DNA of 20,000 bases. Origin: an uncultured virus (IMG/VR IMGVR_UViG_3300011114_001057). Its lineage: Duplodnaviria; Heunggongvirae; Uroviricota; Caudoviricetes. Below, in pieces: positions 1 through 12,300 of this stretch. The position numbers were made by a program, and so were the translations under genes. The stretch is taken from the IMG/VR virus record IMGVR_UViG_3300011114_001057. The stretch is one strand, 5' to 3'. Below the pieces are notes generated by a model. It made no database searches. It was given only the letters and a program-made list of their open reading frames with translations, and was not told the origin of the DNA. Position 1 is the stretch's first letter; every line of letters starts with the position of its first letter.

Positions 1-486
1 GTTGTTATTTCATATGATATAAATGCAGTTAGGGGAGGAGACGGTATAGGTGTAGACAGAAGAATCATGAATAGACTTACTATAAACAATGTAAACCAAT
101 CATATAACTTAACCGCTGATTCTATTCGTAATTTATTTAACTCAAATGTAATTAAATTAACAAAGTTTACAAACTATATTTCGCACTCAAATAATGCAAT
201 TCCAATAACATTAATTAAAGACCTTTCAATTTATATAGATGATTCTTCCGTTAATTGGTTAAACGGTCAAGTACTAAGATTAGTTTTCGAAGATCAGCTA
301 ATACCAACAGTATTTGACGTTAAGTTATACACAGATAAATTAAATTTACTAGGCTTTGGAGAATACGGAGTACAGATCGCAATTTTTAATGACCTTGATT
401 TTACACCTTCAGGAAACACACCAATTTTTGATATCATGTGCTTAGACCTAAACACATTAAGTTTTAAAGTAGATAAAATAAGATAA
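1..486 (+). CDS. Hypothetical phage protein, probably structural; C-terminal part only (5'-truncated by the window)
   Basis: The frame of the listed ORF 67..486 is open from base 1 (VVISYDINAVRGGDGIGVDRRI-MNRL...), so the ATG at 67 is probably internal. It ends in TAA 6 nt before the next ORF. The sequence looks beta-rich, with no recognised motif. Confidence 0.7.
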   Translation, partial: VVISYDINAVRGGDGIGVDRRIMNRLTINNVNQSYNLTADSIRNLFNSNVIKLTKFTNYISHSNNAIPITLIKDLSIYIDDSSVNWLNGQVLRLVFEDQLIPTVFDVKLYTDKLNLLGFGEYGVQIAIFNDLDFTPSGNTPIFDIMCLDLNTLSFKVDKIR

Positions 487-492
487 AAACAG

Positions 493-3400
493 ATGGCTGA
501 AAATAAACACACAATATCCGACGTATTAAAAAGGTTAGTTGTTGATATTGGAAACATGAACTCCTTTCTTTTTAGTTTGAGAGACGTACTCGAATCACAA
601 TCAGAAAACGTTTCAATCGATCAAAAAAAAGAAGACGGTACTACTGTTAACATAAGCGTGCCTTCTTTTGGCTATTTAAAGGGTAAAGTTGATGAAATAA
701 ACACAAACTTAAACACCTTACTCTCTGTAAATAACAATGTTATTGGTTTAAAATCAGCAAATGGTGATGTTAGAAAGTTTGAACTAAAGAGGACTTCTCA
801 ATTAATTAATGAACTTGAATCCTTTAGTAATACAAATATCACAATACCTACTAGCTTCAAAGTAAAAAATAACTGGTTTTTTGAATCTTTCCTGAATCCA
901 TTACTCTACGTAAGCTTAGATGTATCTGCTCTATTAACAAATGATATCGACCGTTTTTCAGTAAAGAGAATTATACTTAATTCAGCTGATGACTCAGCAA
1001 ACGACTATTTTGATGCAAACTACAAAGGTCAAAGCGATATCGACTTAACAACCTTAAAAAAAGAATTAAATGATAATTCTTTTGATTATTTCGAAGACGA
1101 TAATGTAGTTGAACTAGAAATACCTGTAAATCGTTATCGTGGATCGTTCGATGTTTTAAACATTATTGAAGAGACAATAAACCAAACTCTTACTAGCGGT
1201 ACCACTGTTACAGTAAATCGATTAAGATATAAACTAAACTCTTTAACTTTTACTGATGTTTTATCTGATATTTCCAATAGTAAAACAATTGCGGTTGGTG
1301 ATACTTTAATAACTATGAATGATTCTGAGTACAAAGTAACTTCAATAAACACAACAGAGTCAGAAGTAGTTTTAGAGAGAACTTTTGGACTTGAAGCTAT
1401 TTCAATTGGTGCAAACGCGCTTAAAATTAAACCTAATCCATACCGTGTTCCAGAACTTGCAGTAAATGTTGGATTTAATGAAAGAGAAATAATCTTCATT
1501 AGACCTATTAGTAAAGCACAAAATTTAACAGTTGACAATTTCTCAAATGGTGTTGCTGTCTTTACTAATGAATTAACTATTCCACTACAAGATGAAAGCA
1601 CAACAACATTAGCTAGCTATTATAACAATTTTGTTTCAGATTTTGGTTTAATACTTTTAAATTTAGCTAAAGAAAAAACAATTCCTTCTATTCTTGGTGC
1701 AATACCTGACGCGCCAATATTAGACAGTAAGAACTTTACTGTATTTCAAATAGATCAACATATTCAAGACGATAAAGGTGTAGCTGACTTGACTAATAAC
1801 ATAAAAGAAAAGGCGGGTATACAGAATGAAGTAGATGAAATTAATAAAAAAATAGACATAATCAAATCAAAGATAGTTAGTGTCGCTAAAACCCCTAAAG
1901 AATCTATTGCATTAAAGAAACAATTAACAGATGTTCAAAAAGAAAGAGATGATAAATCTGCCGCTCTTTCAACCCTAGTTAATAACATAAGTTTACAGCT
2001 TTCCACTAACCCACAATTTACTACACCCAAGACTTATAGAATCAGAGGATTTTGGCAAATACCTCTACCTAAATCTAGCCAATATGGTGAGCAACAAGTA
2101 GTTCAGTTTAAATATCGATATAGATATTTAAGTGCTTCTGGAAATCAACCTAATGCTCAACAGCAATCTTTTTTAGACGTTGACGGTTCTACTAAGCAGG
2201 CAACTTTTTCTTCATGGACAGAAGTTTTAACTACTCCTAGAAAAAGAGAGTTAAATGAAAGTACTGGACTTTATAAATGGGCTGATGAGATTGTAACTGA
2301 TGCAAACACTGTAAATTCAAATCAATTAGACATCCCAATTAGAAAAGGAGAAATAGTTGAAGTTCAAATTAAGTCTATCTCTGAGGCAGGTTGGCCAACT
2401 AACCCAACTGAGTCAGAATGGTCAGAAATAATACAAATACCTTTTCCAGAAAACATACAGTCTCAAGAAGATGCTACCGTTACTTCACAAAAAGCTTTTG
2501 CTGAAAAAGCAAAGATCGATTTTCAAAAATCACTTTCTTCAGTAGGCCTAGACACTCATTTAGCTAGTCAATTTAACCAAAATAATAGGTTCTTTTCTCA
2601 CACAGCTGAGGATATTGCTAGTGGCTTCTATACTGCTGAAGGTAATGTAGTAGATCTATACGAAAAGCTTAAAGCAGTACAGGTTTCTTTAGACTCTATT
2701 CAAAAATCAATTGCTACTGATTTAGGTGCAATTAAAGTATTAGTATTAGATTCAGATGGAAATAAATTAGAAGTAGCAAACGGTGACAGTATAAACCTTT
2801 TTGCTGGTTATTATAAAGATCTAATTAAAGATACTACAAGTGGAACCGTAATCTATAACGAAGGAGAAATAGTAACAAAACAATATGCTATCTCAATTCA
2901 AAATACTTCTGCTACTAGTTTAGAATTAATTTCATTATTATTTGGAGGCTTAGATCAAACTGCTAACTCTTCTGATCCTATAGCAAACCCCGACCAAGAC
3001 TATCATGTAAATCGTAGATTTGATATAGTTCCAATTGGGGTAAACTCAAATCCTACACCAATAATTGGAAACAGTAAACAGCTTGCAAGTAAACAGTCTG
3101 CTCAAGTTAGAAGTCAATTTGCTTATGCTAGAGTAAGAAATTACGGTCTTTCTGAGGAAATATACGCACCAACTAACCCAAGTACAAGTTATTTATTAGC
3201 CAGCAGCTATGCAACAGCTAGTGCGACTTCTTATAGAGGTCAGACGATTGGAACTACTCTAGTTCCATATAATTGGGGACATTATCTTCCGTTTAATCCT
3301 AACTTTGCTGCACCAGGTACAGCAACTAATGTTAATGTTTGGAATGGAACTACTAACGCGGCTGGTATACCTTCTGCTAATGGTTATCTTACTGAATTTT

Positions 3401-4086
3401 GTATATCTAAGTTCCATCCAGAACTAACAACCTATGGAATTAACTTTAACTCAGTATATTCAACCACAAACATTACAAATAAATTTAGACCTAGTTTTGC
3501 AGCAACTGTTCCACCTACCGTTAATGTTGACGCACCACAAACATATCTACCATTTTCTCATGCTCTACATATGGAAACCTCTAATTCTGAAATAACTAAT
3601 GCATTTGGTGTAGAGTATTACAAACAGGCTGCTAGAATCGATCCAGCAGTACCTACAAGTAATACTACTCGCGACGATTCACACTATCCAATTAAGTTAG
3701 GATTTATTCCAAACGATAAATATTTAATCGGTAAATACACATGTGGCTCTTATCTTTACCTTTTTCCAACAACTTACGAGTCAATTTCAGTAGAAGGAAA
3801 CTTTCCAGCTAGATCAACTAAATCAGTTAAGAGCGGAGCTGAAAATGCTTTAAATATTCCAGTAATATTCCAATTTAGATGTTCAGACACGCTAGGCTTC
3901 GTCGGTGGGTACAGAACATCTGGGAATTTAACAAATATTCAATACACTAAGAAAATAGGAATAGACATCATCTTAAAAGATGGTCAACCTTTTTCTTTTG
4001 ATTTACAGGCAAGTGCCCAATATACCAAAGAAACATCTATTGATTCACCGATCGTTCAAGGAAACGGTATCACAGTCGGTTTCTAA
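493..4086 (+). CDS. Large putative virion structural protein (1197 aa) with a central coiled coil and an FN3/Ig-like segment
   Basis: Long uninterrupted ORF. A heptad-like K/E/I/L-rich helix lies at ~1770-2000 (DLTNNIKEKAGIQNEVDEINKKIDIIKSKI...) and a second short one at ~2650-2710. An FN3-like pattern lies at ~2035-2430 (YRIRGFW...YRYRY...EVQIKSISEAGW..SEWSE). The C-terminal part is T/S/N/P-rich. The structural role is inferred from context. Confidence 0.6.
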   Translation: MAENKHTISDVLKRLVVDIGNMNSFLFSLRDVLESQSENVSIDQKKEDGTTVNISVPSFGYLKGKVDEINTNLNTLLSVNNNVIGLKSANGDVRKFELKRTSQLINELESFSNTNITIPTSFKVKNNWFFESFLNPLLYVSLDVSALLTNDIDRFSVKRIILNSADDSANDYFDANYKGQSDIDLTTLKKELNDNSFDYFEDDNVVELEIPVNRYRGSFDVLNIIEETINQTLTSGTTVTVNRLRYKLNSLTFTDVLSDISNSKTIAVGDTLITMNDSEYKVTSINTTESEVVLERTFGLEAISIGANALKIKPNPYRVPELAVNVGFNEREIIFIRPISKAQNLTVDNFSNGVAVFTNELTIPLQDESTTTLASYYNNFVSDFGLILLNLAKEKTIPSILGAIPDAPILDSKNFTVFQIDQHIQDDKGVADLTNNIKEKAGIQNEVDEINKKIDIIKSKIVSVAKTPKESIALKKQLTDVQKERDDKSAALSTLVNNISLQLSTNPQFTTPKTYRIRGFWQIPLPKSSQYGEQQVVQFKYRYRYLSASGNQPNAQQQSFLDVDGSTKQATFSSWTEVLTTPRKRELNESTGLYKWADEIVTDANTVNSNQLDIPIRKGEIVEVQIKSISEAGWPTNPTESEWSEIIQIPFPENIQSQEDATVTSQKAFAEKAKIDFQKSLSSVGLDTHLASQFNQNNRFFSHTAEDIASGFYTAEGNVVDLYEKLKAVQVSLDSIQKSIATDLGAIKVLVLDSDGNKLEVANGDSINLFAGYYKDLIKDTTSGTVIYNEGEIVTKQYAISIQNTSATSLELISLLFGGLDQTANSSDPIANPDQDYHVNRRFDIVPIGVNSNPTPIIGNSKQLASKQSAQVRSQFAYARVRNYGLSEEIYAPTNPSTSYLLASSYATASATSYRGQTIGTTLVPYNWGHYLPFNPNFAAPGTATNVNVWNGTTNAAGIPSANGYLTEFCISKFHPELTTYGINFNSVYSTTNITNKFRPSFAATVPPTVNVDAPQTYLPFSHALHMETSNSEITNAFGVEYYKQAARIDPAVPTSNTTRDDSHYPIKLGFIPNDKYLIGKYTCGSYLYLFPTTYESISVEGNFPARSTKSVKSGAENALNIPVIFQFRCSDTLGFVGGYRTSGNLTNIQYTKKIGIDIILKDGQPFSFDLQASAQYTKETSIDSPIVQGNGITVGF

Positions 4087-4105
4087 AATACTTTTATAGA
4101 ATAAT

Positions 4106-7100
4106 ATGCAAGAATTACAGTATACTAAGGTTTTAAAGAATGACTCTAGTTTTCAACTAGTTAGGACCAATCCCAAGCTTACTGGTAATGTTAAGATTTC
4201 TATAAATGAGAGCGGCGACATGTATCTTAATGCTATTAAAGCAAACCCAGAGCTTTCAAATGACGACTATTCAAAGTTCCCAATCGATCCAACTAGAACT
4301 CACCCAGCTAACTTATTTCATTTCTTTAAGGCTGGCAAAACACCTGAGGAAATAATTTTTGACCTTAAAGAAAAAACAGATCCATATAAGACCTCTAAAA
4401 ACTTTAAGGATCAATATGATTTTTCTAATTATTTTAGTGGAGCCAAATATCTTGTTTCAAATAAGTATGATGAAAAGCTTAGTTATTTTGCTCCAATCTA
4501 CTTAAAAAATGAGATTCCTAACTATTTTGTTATTTTTAAAATAGAGGACCCATTAAACAAACCAGCCAACGAGATTAAAGCAGCATATGAAGCTGGCGAT
4601 GATCGTGGTGAATACCTAGTTGATTTCTTTAAAAAGTCAACCATAATTAAGACATTTGATCTTAGACCAGAAACAACAGTCGGCAAATACATTAGAGATT
4701 ACGTAAAAGACATAAACTTTCCAATGAGCCCATTAACCGTTTCTTTTGAAGAGGATGAGTTTACTAGTTGGAATGGAATACTCATAAATAATGGAGTCTT
4801 TGGAAGTAAGAGCGAATACTTATATGAATTTTATAAAAACTCATATCCTTTAAAGTTTTTTGAAGAAAACATAACAAACGGTTATTCAAGAAACGGTGTA
4901 ATTTTTCCAAATATTTTAAATTTAGAGTTTATATTTAATGATGACTCTTCAAACAAGTATGATTTTAATAGATACTTAGGGATGTATGTAAATACGTTAG
5001 AGCTAACTTCTATTGAACTTGATTTGGCTCGCACATATGCTGAGAGAGCAATTTGGGAAAACACGCCAGTACCCAAGAAGAAATATTTAGAGACTGATGA
5101 AGTTGTCCTATTACAAGAAAATCAAGACGGCGTACAGTTTACATATAAAGAAGCAGCCTTAAACTTATCTGAGTTTAATGAAAGTCTTGTAAGTCAATAT
5201 GATATTTATTTTAATTATTTACAAGATAAAGATGGTGGTATACACCTAGTTAAGAGTGATAATCAATACCTAGTCGATTATTCTGAAGAGAGATTAGCAA
5301 ATTTAAGTTTTTCTAGTATTACAGGTAAAACTACAGTTACTCTTGAATCTCATGAGTATGCTACTGGTAATTTAGTAAAAGTCAACTGCTCTGCTGACTC
5401 TGCATACACTGGAGAATATTTAGTAACTGTGATTGATCCTGATACTTTTACTTATAGTATGGCTGGTCCGGTTGCAATTAATCCAGTAAACGGGCTAGTC
5501 AAAATAGAAAAAGGTACAGGCAAACTTCGTCTCTCCGATAAAAAGATAGACATGGGCCTCTTCTTCGGTCAAAGTAGAAACCTTTTTTTACAAGATGAAG
5601 GCTTTGCTACTAGTGTTGCTGGACACTCATATCTTACTATACAGATATTAAATAACTTTTCTAATCTTGATGAGTTTAGGATATATCACCCTACTGGTAC
5701 TCACCAAGATGTGTATGGTAACTATGAACTAGTAACTGCAACATCTAATTATTCACTTGTCCCAGATTCAGGCGACTATTATGCATATAATGACTATGAT
5801 GGAATCGCTGGAAATGATGTTTTTTACTTTAACTCTACTGGTTACTTATCTGAAGTTAATCAAGCATTAGCTGGTTGTATAAACAATATTAGAAATGCAC
5901 CATTCAGAGCATACGTATATGAGGACTACCTTTTTATAAAACTTAACATACCTGGAGATTTTGATTCTACTCACAAGGTTAAATTTAACTCTCCATCTAA
6001 TAACTATTCCTCATTATTAATAAATGAGTCAACTGACCTAAACAACCAAATCATCTATTTTAGAGGAGGTTCACCTGAAACAGGCAATAGATTGATTATA
6101 GACGCAGGTCACCTGCAAAAAATTGAAAATAACATAGATTCTATATTAGTTAAGAGCTCAGACAGCTGGTCAAAAGTAAGAAAGGTTTCAAACTACATAG
6201 ATTTAATAAACGAAAATAATTTAGCCTCACCTGCACTAACCAGTAAATCAATTGATGAATACTCAAAAAAGATTGCACTAGTTTTAGAAGAGAATGAAAT
6301 ACCAACAGTTCGCTACACTCAATTTACTATGCGACCTAAGTTTAAACCCAAGTTTGGACTAATTTCAATGTTCCCAATCAAAGATCTTGACTTTGACTTC
6401 TATGCAAGTGACTATGCTAACTTTCCTGAAATAGACTTATACAATTATTATTTTATACCGGAAGGGCGTGAACTAATGACTTCTACTAATAAATATGAAG
6501 TAGTTGGAGCTGGTGTTATTGAGGTTGAAGGTAATCAATATTCTGCAGGAACAGCAATAACTGTCGCTGGAGCAACAGCTGCATATTCAATAATTTCAGG
6601 AAATCCGCTAGTCACTTATTATTCTGATTACACAACAGTCGGTGAGAGCAAATCAACTCCAATAAATGATGAAAACTCCGAATTAAAAGATTTTCAAGGG
6701 TTCTCAATACTAAAGGATCCAAACACTATTTTTCAACAGAGTTTAACTCCAGAATATCAACTGAGGGATAAATTCATAAATGGTATTACCCAGACCGAAT
6801 ACGATTACTATAAAGAAAACGATTCACTTGACTTTGCAGTAAAGTCAAAGATTTTACCCTATATAACCAAGTGGGGAATGCGTGAAGGTACTGACTCTAG
6901 AGATAACAAATACCGGTTAAACACAGAATTAATATTTGGAAGAAATAACTTTTCACCGGACCATCAAGACAAGACTCAAAATCCACTTAATTTTACCCAT
7001 GAATGGTTCTATATAGAATCAATGTTTAACTATATAAGCGATCCTGAAACAATAAAGAAGAACTATTCTTATTTTGATAGTCCGTTAGATGAGGCTGCTC

Positions 7101-9337
7101 TTTTATCTGATCCTGACTATTTTATTAACTATTTTACATATACACCTACTTATGGAAACATTGAATATGGACAATCACAAATTCGTTATTCTAATGTAAT
7201 TAAAAACAAGGCAGGTGGGTATGAGACCTTCTTTAAAGGTTTTAAACTAGACTTTAAAAACTACTCTGACCCTAATTTTTTAGGAGAAGATGGAAAACCT
7301 AAACCTTCAGCTTCTACTAAGTTTGAAGGTTATCGTTTTTCATGTATACTAAAAGCAGTAGAGGAAGACATTCATGATAAGTCTCAACCGCCAGTCAAAT
7401 ACCGAGTGATTGAACATAGCGATTACAAATTTATTATAGTTATAATTGAACTTGCAATCGGCTCTATTAATCAAATAGACGATTATTGGAAAACAGTGTT
7501 AGTATCAGAGCCGATTACTCAAATTGACACCACTAACTTTATTGACCCAGTTTATTCTACTCTATTTAGTGGACTTGACCTACCTTTTGAAACAGTCGAC
7601 GGAGACTATCGTGTTAGTTTTAATAATGAATCAGTTTCTAATATAAACTACGCTTTTCTGTATTCTATAAAAAATAAGAAATTCAATAATTTATTAGATA
7701 GGTTTTCAACAGTTAAATTTAATAAGAATTTATCTTTTCAATTAAGCGGCCCTTCTGGAATTAACGCAAGCGCTGGTACAATATTAGGTTTTGCTAATTC
7801 AAGTACCCCTAATTATTCTGAGGGACTTAACACCGATTATACTACACCAAGGGAAGAGACCTTTATTACAATAAAGGATCTTAATACTGGACTTAATTAT
7901 TTTTTGACTACTATGTCGGGCTTTACTCCAGTCATTCAAAACCCAATAACTGGTGCATTTACTGATTTTTTAACATATGATAATACGAATAACATAGGAC
8001 TAGTCGTAAATATAACAACTGCTCCATACTATTCTTTCTATACTATGTTACCATCTGGTAGTAATCTAATAGTCGACCAGAATTATGCATTCAAAGTCTT
8101 AGCTGGTGGTAATAAATATTTTGAAAAAATATTTCAAAAGATATCCTTTGCTAGCTTTAAAGAATACTTGAATTCTTTTAACCCAATGATCGAGTACTCT
8201 TCTTATTCATTAGACTCAAGTGGATCCTCAATATTAGCAAGTGACCCTGGTTTTTATCTTGAAGTAGTAGATAGGGATTCAATAACTAAGATAAATCAGC
8301 TAATCTATAAACCGACTAGCTCGATACCTACGCAGTTTTCAAGCCAACCTGTAATAGGTTATGAATATGAACAAGCTAAACTACCTGTTGGTTATTCTGT
8401 AAACCGATATAGAGGAGAATACGAACCAGTGTTTAATGAAATACTTTCATGTAATTCCAAGTTTAGCTTTAAGAAAAACGATATATCTGAAATAAAATTA
8501 GCTAATATTAATATTAATTCAAAAGTAGATAGTAATTTAACTATCAAAAACTTTAATCACATAAAAATATCAGACATAAACATATTAGAATTAGAATCAG
8601 ATTCAAGCTATGTGGCTAAATATGCTCTAATTAATGAAATCGCCGTTAACCACGCCGAGTATTTTTTACTTAGGGGCAATTGGGACTGGGGCTTCCATTA
8701 CAGATACTCTAATAAATCTACGTTCTTACCTGTGTCTGGGGCTCTTAGGGTTGAAGAAGATAATTCATTTATTTCAAAGCTGATAACTTTACCTGAGATG
8801 ATTGAACTTGAAGATTTTGTAGTTACAACTCTAACTGGCGCACAAGATCTCGATAATGTTAATCTAGACAACATAGAAATAGTAATAAAAGAGAGTGAGC
8901 GATTCTCTGAGGGTTACATAAACGTGAATAATGTTTTACTTAGATACTTAATCGAAGACGGTATTACCCAAAAGTTTTCTGACTTCTTAATAAGCTCTAA
9001 CACATATATCGGTAATTATTTAACCATTCAACTGTATGCACGAGATTATATCAAACAGAACATACTTAAACTTTATAAACTATCCGATAATGAAATTTAC
9101 AGCAGACTTTTTGCTGGAGTAGACGCCACGCTATTTAATATACCAGCCGGTGCAACCAGCGTAAACACAATAGCCTTTGAATTTCTAAACGACGTAGATC
9201 GCTTTAAAAAAGGCTATGCATTAAATCGCGGATTACAAATAAATAACACTAGAAAACTGATTCTAAGATTTAGGTTTAATAAGTCTCCAGGAGCAAGTTT
9301 GATAATCAGTCCTAAAATAATAGTTAAACTTATTTAA
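4106..9337 (+). CDS. Very large putative virion structural protein, possibly baseplate (1743 aa)
   Basis: 5.2 kb ORF, Y/F/N-rich and acidic, directly upstream of the tail-fibre-like gene (1-nt gap). It contains an FCCH-like small beta module (VTLESHEYATGNLVKV...GEYLVTVIDPDTFTY, ~5330-5460) of a kind seen in phage virion proteins. The ORF is certain; the function is inferred. Confidence 0.55.
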   Translation: MQELQYTKVLKNDSSFQLVRTNPKLTGNVKISINESGDMYLNAIKANPELSNDDYSKFPIDPTRTHPANLFHFFKAGKTPEEIIFDLKEKTDPYKTSKNFKDQYDFSNYFSGAKYLVSNKYDEKLSYFAPIYLKNEIPNYFVIFKIEDPLNKPANEIKAAYEAGDDRGEYLVDFFKKSTIIKTFDLRPETTVGKYIRDYVKDINFPMSPLTVSFEEDEFTSWNGILINNGVFGSKSEYLYEFYKNSYPLKFFEENITNGYSRNGVIFPNILNLEFIFNDDSSNKYDFNRYLGMYVNTLELTSIELDLARTYAERAIWENTPVPKKKYLETDEVVLLQENQDGVQFTYKEAALNLSEFNESLVSQYDIYFNYLQDKDGGIHLVKSDNQYLVDYSEERLANLSFSSITGKTTVTLESHEYATGNLVKVNCSADSAYTGEYLVTVIDPDTFTYSMAGPVAINPVNGLVKIEKGTGKLRLSDKKIDMGLFFGQSRNLFLQDEGFATSVAGHSYLTIQILNNFSNLDEFRIYHPTGTHQDVYGNYELVTATSNYSLVPDSGDYYAYNDYDGIAGNDVFYFNSTGYLSEVNQALAGCINNIRNAPFRAYVYEDYLFIKLNIPGDFDSTHKVKFNSPSNNYSSLLINESTDLNNQIIYFRGGSPETGNRLIIDAGHLQKIENNIDSILVKSSDSWSKVRKVSNYIDLINENNLASPALTSKSIDEYSKKIALVLEENEIPTVRYTQFTMRPKFKPKFGLISMFPIKDLDFDFYASDYANFPEIDLYNYYFIPEGRELMTSTNKYEVVGAGVIEVEGNQYSAGTAITVAGATAAYSIISGNPLVTYYSDYTTVGESKSTPINDENSELKDFQGFSILKDPNTIFQQSLTPEYQLRDKFINGITQTEYDYYKENDSLDFAVKSKILPYITKWGMREGTDSRDNKYRLNTELIFGRNNFSPDHQDKTQNPLNFTHEWFYIESMFNYISDPETIKKNYSYFDSPLDEAALLSDPDYFINYFTYTPTYGNIEYGQSQIRYSNVIKNKAGGYETFFKGFKLDFKNYSDPNFLGEDGKPKPSASTKFEGYRFSCILKAVEEDIHDKSQPPVKYRVIEHSDYKFIIVIIELAIGSINQIDDYWKTVLVSEPITQIDTTNFIDPVYSTLFSGLDLPFETVDGDYRVSFNNESVSNINYAFLYSIKNKKFNNLLDRFSTVKFNKNLSFQLSGPSGINASAGTILGFANSSTPNYSEGLNTDYTTPREETFITIKDLNTGLNYFLTTMSGFTPVIQNPITGAFTDFLTYDNTNNIGLVVNITTAPYYSFYTMLPSGSNLIVDQNYAFKVLAGGNKYFEKIFQKISFASFKEYLNSFNPMIEYSSYSLDSSGSSILASDPGFYLEVVDRDSITKINQLIYKPTSSIPTQFSSQPVIGYEYEQAKLPVGYSVNRYRGEYEPVFNEILSCNSKFSFKKNDISEIKLANININSKVDSNLTIKNFNHIKISDINILELESDSSYVAKYALINEIAVNHAEYFLLRGNWDWGFHYRYSNKSTFLPVSGALRVEEDNSFISKLITLPEMIELEDFVVTTLTGAQDLDNVNLDNIEIVIKESERFSEGYINVNNVLLRYLIEDGITQKFSDFLISSNTYIGNYLTIQLYARDYIKQNILKLYKLSDNEIYSRLFAGVDATLFNIPAGATSVNTIAFEFLNDVDRFKKGYALNRGLQINNTRKLILRFRFNKSPGASLIISPKIIVKLI

Positions 9338-9338
9338 G

Positions 9339-12300
9339 ATGCCAATTAGAATAAACCTAAAGGAAGTATTTCCATCCGACTCACAGGACATAACTGTTGA
9401 TAAAGTAAACTTTAATTTTAATAAATTGCTAGCGCTTGGAGTTGGCGACCAGGGAGACCAGGGTATAGCTGGTCCACAGGGAGCGGCTGGTCCAATCGGT
9501 CTTACTGGAATACAGGGTCTAAGAGGCAGTACGTGGTTTATCGATAATGGCGATCCAAATACGCTAACTTTTGTAGACCTAATAGATCAAGATCTCTATC
9601 TAGATACTATTACTTTTTCAGTTTGGCAATACGACGAATTAACTACCCTATGGACACAAGTCTTAAATTTCAGTACAATTGTTAATTATTACATATCACT
9701 AACGCCTTCCCCTTTTAATAGAGGCTTTGGTATCTTACCCACACAAGACGACAGGTTTATTACATTTAATCGTAGGGGAAATAACTATAGCAATTCAACA
9801 GGAGACATAACTAGAAGTAGCTTCAATACAGCAGACAGCGATATACTCCTATTAACCAACTTCAATGAAAGCACAATAGATACTGCGTTAGGCTTTAATA
9901 ACTTTCCAGCTTCATCTGGTGAAATGTTTGACGCTCTGTTAAAAGTATATGTAAACCACAGTGAAGGTACATCTGAGGTGACGGGTAGATACCATTTAGA
10001 ACTAGGCTCACTGTATTTAGATAATAGCATACCTAATGAATCCACCCTTTCTTTATTAAAACACAACTTAAAGGTTAAGTTTAAGAAGAATGAAGTCACT
10101 ACTACTGCAATACCTACAACCAATACTTGGATAAACATAGCGCAGTTTTCATTATCTGTGCCTGAACCTGACCCACTTTCTGGAATCGATGAAAATGGCA
10201 TATTTGAATTTGTGTCACCTAAATGGAACAACGAGAGCTCCCCTATTCAAGAAGAAGTACGTGTTTGGTTTGGAGCAGCTGAAGGACTTAGTGAGTATTT
10301 AGGTTTGCCCTACACTGAAATGGGCGACGGTATTGCAATAGGCGATTCAACAGGTACGAGTTTTGCCTCTATTGGAATCATGAAAGGCCTTAATTCTAAC
10401 TTTCAAACTCCATATACCAATGATGATTTTTTACTCATAAACTCTAGCGGTTTAGATGGAGTCTTTATCAATGATAAACTAGTACAAACAAATGGAACGC
10501 TTGACGTGATTCATACGACTGGGGCTAGGTTCGTAAGTAAGATAACTGCTGGTACAAACGATGCGAATGTCAACAAAGATCTATGTTCTATTTTTTCAAA
10601 TGCAAACCTACTTATCTGCACTTGGGCAGGCACACTAGCTGCAACCAATATTAGCCAAAACATGACTAAGTCTGGACGAATTAAGATACATCGACTAGAC
10701 TCTGACTTGTCTGTGCTTGTCAACTCAGCCAACACTTCTAATCATATTGACCCATTCCCTACAGATGATCATGGGCATACTGTCAAGCCTTTCCCTACGA
10801 CTAATTTAACCCATGTAGACGTAGTAGGAAAATACCTTTTTGCAACTAGGATTCGACCGCAAAATTACGTAGCTCAACTCGGTACCGATAATATTCAAGA
10901 TACCTTAATTATTGCTGAGCTTGATTCGTCAGCTGGCGCTTTGAAAACAGTTGGCGGTTGGGGTAATAATTATGATGTTGATGAATATTATGCTAAAAAA
11001 GTACAGGTAGTAGGCAACATTGCATACGTTCTTACTAGCAAAGCAATAACTACTGACTGGACTTCAACTGATTCTTATCTACATGCAGTGGATATCACTG
11101 ACCCGACTAACCCTGTGACACTAAGCCGGGTCACAACAATGAATGACCATAAATATTTAGACTTTACTATAGTTAATGAAAGAGCATTTATCTCTGCCTG
11201 GGATCAGTCAGCGCAGACTATTGATATTATCACGGTTGATATACATGACCCAACTAACTTAACTACTCCTGCTTCGTATACTGGTACGGGTATTACAGCA
11301 ACTGTTGAAACTCCAGCTCCAATAAAAGTAGATGGATATACCCTATATTTAGGGGCAGACAATTATCTTAAGATTTATCGGATAGATTATTCAGCGAGTT
11401 TAGATCTTACCGCAGTAGTTAGCACAACCGCTGTCTTTAGTCCTATTACTTATAGAATCAGTGATATTGTAATAAACGGAGATTACGTGTATATAGCTGG
11501 CGAATACCTTGACAGTCACAGGCTGCTTACTTTTGATGTAACTGACCTAGCTGCTCCAGTATTTGTCGGAGAAGAGACATCAAATACTGGAGCGTCTGGG
11601 AAGATGACACTTGTTGGAAACAAACTATATCTTGCTAGTTCTCAAGGCACAGGCGCATATTCAGCAGTAGACGGTGGTCTTTCTGAATATGAGATAGACG
11701 GTATAACTTCACCTAGTGCAAATATCTCAACACTAAAATCAAATGAAATAAAAGTTTCAAACAGCCTTTATGTTGGAAAAAAACTAGATGTTGGTAATTC
11801 CATAAATGTAGGTAGTGGTGGACTCTATATTGACGAGGGTGTAGGGCTTGCAGTCGATGGACCAGTTAAGATCTTAGGTAATCTAGAAATGAATGGAGAA
11901 ATAACAAAAATAGCAAATGCAATTGCGTTTGGTAAAACACAAATTTATATCAATGCATTTCAAGACGATAACTTATTTTCAGGCTCACCGTTTAGTCCCG
12001 TTCTTTACCCTTATTATGAATTACCGGGTTTTAATTCATCATATTTAGAAATTTATATAGGTTGGAGTGGAGACACAAATACATCAAGTATTAATGCTAA
12101 TAAAATACCTGACAACATCTCAATAATATTACCTAAGATCTCTACAGAATTTTACGAAGGACAGAGACTTACAGTTCGTATAATTGCTCTACCGTGTAGA
12201 GCATATCAATCATCAACACAATGGAATTGGCCAACAACCGCTGGCGCAACTGCCGGTACAATACAATTATGTTCAGCAATAGAAGGTGATGCTGGTGGTG

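Noticed and set aside
31..69. GGAGGAG near 33-39 as a ribosome binding site for the ATG at 67
   Set aside because: It is about 27 nt from the ATG and is explained by Arg-Gly-Gly-Asp codons in the open upstream frame.
1768..2003. Coiled coil suggesting an SMC-like or tape-measure protein
   Set aside because: It is only ~80 aa long, there is no Walker motif, and the rest of the protein looks beta-rich.
294..10735. Minus-strand ORFs 294..557, 1134..1601, 4882..5076, 9785..10231 and 10511..10735
   Set aside because: They lie essentially antisense to long + strand genes, are S/L/F-rich with no motifs, and are typical shadow ORFs.
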